A stretch of DNA of 64,000 nt from Candidatus Parcubacteria bacterium (GTDB taxonomy: Bacteria > Patescibacteriota > Patescibacteriia > Patescibacteriales > UBA12075): contig CAWHBO010000001.1 of NCBI GenBank assembly GCA_963827735.1, forward strand, positions 40,297-104,296, in the 5' to 3' direction. Below the pieces are notes generated by a model, which ran no database searches, was not told the DNA's origin, and saw only the letters and a list, made by a program, of their open reading frames with translations. The translations under genes and the position numbers were made by a program. Below are positions 61,742-64,000 of the stretch, one piece after another (the stretch's first letter is position 1; each line of letters opens with the position of its first letter).

Positions 61742-62506
61742 ATGACTGAAGAAAAAAAAGAAGCCGCTTCTGAAACAAAAGCGGTTCAACCAAAAGACAA
61801 AAAAGTTAAAAAAGGCAAATCGCAGACAAAACCCAGAAAGCCAAAACCAGCAGCGGAGTATGACAAATCAAAAGCATATCCGATTGAAGAAGCCGTCAAA
61901 ATGACCAAAGAATTTTCCAAAACAAAGTTTGATGCTTCTGTGGAAATTCATTTCCGCTTAGGGATAGATCCCAAAAAAGGAGACCAGCAAGTAAGGGCTG
62001 CCATTTCCCTTCCTCACGGAACCGGAAAAACCATCAGAGTAGCCGCGTTTGTGTCCTCTGATAAAGAGAAGGAATGCAAGGCAGCGGGCGCTGACATTGT
62101 CGGATCAGACGATTTGATCGCTGAAATCAAAAAAACTGAAAAAACCGACTTCCAAGTCGCGGTCGCCGAGCCGTCGATGATGAAAAATCTGGCTCAGATC
62201 GCAAAAATCCTTGGAACCCGCGGACTTATGCCTTCCCCGAAGAATGAGACCGTCAGTCCGAACCCTGCTAAAGCGATTGAAGAGCTTAAGAAAGGAAAAG
62301 TAAGCTTTAAAAATGATGATACGGCTAACGTTCATGTAGCAATCGGCAAAGTGTCTTTTGATGAGATAAAATTAAAAGAAAACTTTGAAAAAATTCTGGG
62401 AGCCATCAGAAAAACCAAACCGGCGTCTTCTAAAGGCGTTTATCTCAAAAATATTTCCATCACTTCTTCAATGGGACCAGGCATAAAAGTCCAAATCCCC
62501 AAATAA
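61742..62506 (+). CDS. rplA: 50S ribosomal protein L1
   Basis: KFDASVE, LPHGTGK, LGTRGLMPSPK, GKVSF and SSMGPG motifs. Confidence 0.97.
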   Translation: MTEEKKEAASETKAVQPKDKKVKKGKSQTKPRKPKPAAEYDKSKAYPIEEAVKMTKEFSKTKFDASVEIHFRLGIDPKKGDQQVRAAISLPHGTGKTIRVAAFVSSDKEKECKAAGADIVGSDDLIAEIKKTEKTDFQVAVAEPSMMKNLAQIAKILGTRGLMPSPKNETVSPNPAKAIEELKKGKVSFKNDDTANVHVAIGKVSFDEIKLKENFEKILGAIRKTKPASSKGVYLKNISITSSMGPGIKVQIPK

Positions 62507-62514
62507 CTTCAAAC

Positions 62515-62549
62515 AAAAAAACATCCTCCGCAAAAGAGGATGTTTTTTT
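62515..62549. terminator. Bidirectional terminator
   Basis: AAAAAAACATCCTC-CGCAAAA-GAGGATGTTTTTTT. Confidence 0.8.
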
Positions 62550-62669
62550 ATGCAAATATATTTATCAGCGTTCTATCCGCGTATATATCCGCGTAAAATC
62601 AGCGGTAAAAACTTCAAACATGCACAAACAATCTATATAGAAAAAATATTAATAAATAATCATGACGTT

Positions 62670-63509
62670 TTAAATATTAAACAAACTTCTTGCCGTTTTT
62701 GTCGTCATCTCAGCCACTTTTTCTTCCGGCAAATTTTTTATTTCCGCAATTCTTTTGGCAACGTATTTCACCAAACAAGGCTCGTTTCGTTTCCCCCTGA
62801 AAGGCTCAGGAGTCATAAATGGACAATCGGTTTCAATCATGATCTTGTCCAATGGCAAACGCCTGATCAAGTCATCCCATTGTTTTGAAAATGTGATAAG
62901 ACCGGTAAACGATATGATCAAGCCAAAATTAAAATATTGCCAAGCCCTGTCCTCATCACCGGAAAAACAATGAACCACACCCCAAGGCTTATTTACTGGC
63001 ATCAATTCGGAAAATTCTTTCCTAAAATTTTTTATCAACGCCACCAGATCATCATGGGCCTGCCGGCAATGGAGAATGACTGGCAAATCCAACCGCCTGG
63101 CGAGCAAAAGCTCCTGCCACAGTGCTTCCTTTTGTTTCTTTTTTACTTCTTCCAGGTTTTCCAAGGATTCATCATGATAATAGTCAAGGCCGATTTCTCC
63201 AATCGCGACCGCTTTTTCAAATTTTGCCAACTTCTCATACATGTCATAGTTAAAGATCTCCCCTCTGGTCTGAAAATCATAGTCCTCGCCTTGGGCATGA
63301 AAAGATTCAATGTGTATCGGATGAAGGCCAACGGCGGCATATACGCCTTTCTCATATTTGTTGGCGTAATCCAAAGCTCTTTTTGAAGTTTTATAGTCCG
63401 CGCCGACATTTATCATCCAAACGTCGTCATTAAGAGCGCGCTGTATCGTTTCATCTCCATCGTCTTTGAAATATTTAAAATTTATATGCGCGTGCGTATC
63501 AATGTACAT
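62670..63509 (-). CDS. tatD: TatD family DNase
   Basis: IDTHAH, GLHP, IGEIGLDY, HCR, HCFSG and ETDCPF motifs. Confidence 0.95.
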   Translation of the reverse strand: MYIDTHAHINFKYFKDDGDETIQRALNDDVWMINVGADYKTSKRALDYANKYEKGVYAAVGLHPIHIESFHAQGEDYDFQTRGEIFNYDMYEKLAKFEKAVAIGEIGLDYYHDESLENLEEVKKKQKEALWQELLLARRLDLPVILHCRQAHDDLVALIKNFRKEFSELMPVNKPWGVVHCFSGDEDRAWQYFNFGLIISFTGLITFSKQWDDLIRRLPLDKIMIETDCPFMTPEPFRGKRNEPCLVKYVAKRIAEIKNLPEEKVAEMTTKTARSLFNI

Positions 63510-63515
63510 ATTTAT

Positions 63516-64000
63516 CTAAATCAAACCGTTAAGCCGCTTAAGCATAACAGGCAGCAATGGCAGTGCCATGCTGCTTATTTTTAAAAATATCGGTGCCAGA
63601 AAAGAATCTTGCAGCCAATACCCGATGAAAAAATCTAAAACCGCGTAACGAGAAATTACAAACAAAATCAGTCCGATCGTAATCACTCCGGTAAAAATCC
63701 CCAAGATTGAGCCGGCCAATTTGTTTATCGTCCCCAAAAAGGGAATGATGGAAAGCAGATTAAATCCCTTTTCAATAAAGTAAAATCCGAAGCTTGTCAG
63801 TTTGCTTACAAGCAGATAGACTGCCAAAAAAACCGCAACTTTGCCCAGGTTGTCGTAGCCGAAAAAAATCGGAGAAACAATTCCGTACACAAAAAGATAT
63901 ACGCGGCTGGCGATCAGAGCGCCGGCGATCATCCCCAAAAACAAGCCGATGGTCCTGACAAAACCAAAAAACAAACCGTAAAAGAAAAATCCGGACAAAA
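63516..64000 (-). CDS. cvpA: CvpA (colicin V production) family membrane protein, 5'-truncated by the window
   Basis: G..FGFVR, INKLAGSILG and S.LAP motifs; four TMs. Confidence 0.75.
   Translation of the reverse strand, partial: LSGFFFYGLFFGFVRTIGLFLGMIAGALIASRVYLFVYGIVSPIFFGYDNLGKVAVFLAVYLLVSKLTSFGFYFIEKGFNLLSIIPFLGTINKLAGSILGIFTGVITIGLILFVISRYAVLDFFIGYWLQDSFLAPIFLKISSMALPLLPVMLKRLNGLI

Overview
Gene-dense, AT-rich bacterial chromosome segment with no rRNA, CRISPR array or transposase. The gene set suggests a Patescibacteria (CPR; Parcubacteria/ABY1-like) genome; this is inference. Supporting features are core genes lacking Shine-Dalgarno sites, a single Xer recombinase, DUF4012, DUF3048 and CAP proteins, and a VirD4/HerA-like ATPase. 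Contents: a surface-glycan locus (1-8.6 kb), greA-lysS-serS-ddl-ftsQ, xer with an adjacent dif-like site, gltX, rpmE-prfA-prmC, rplY, rodA, gyrB, an ADP-forming acetate-CoA ligase, typA, tRNA-Gln(CUG), dnaX, an Rrf2-iscU-nifU-iscS operon, secE-nusG-rplK-rplA, tatD and cvpA. The most striking signal is a multi-family set of degenerate 7-12 nt tandem-repeat arms. They occur as inverted pairs bracketing small cargo genes (a GxxExxY PD-(D/E)xK protein and a four-helix-bundle/IVS-type protein), as empty inverted pairs including a 68-bp perfect palindrome, as solo arms at stop or start codons, and as in-frame, stop-avoiding insertions in prmC. REP-like palindromes also interrupt coding sequences in frame. 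Three genes carry single-base homopolymer indels that are probably sequencing errors.
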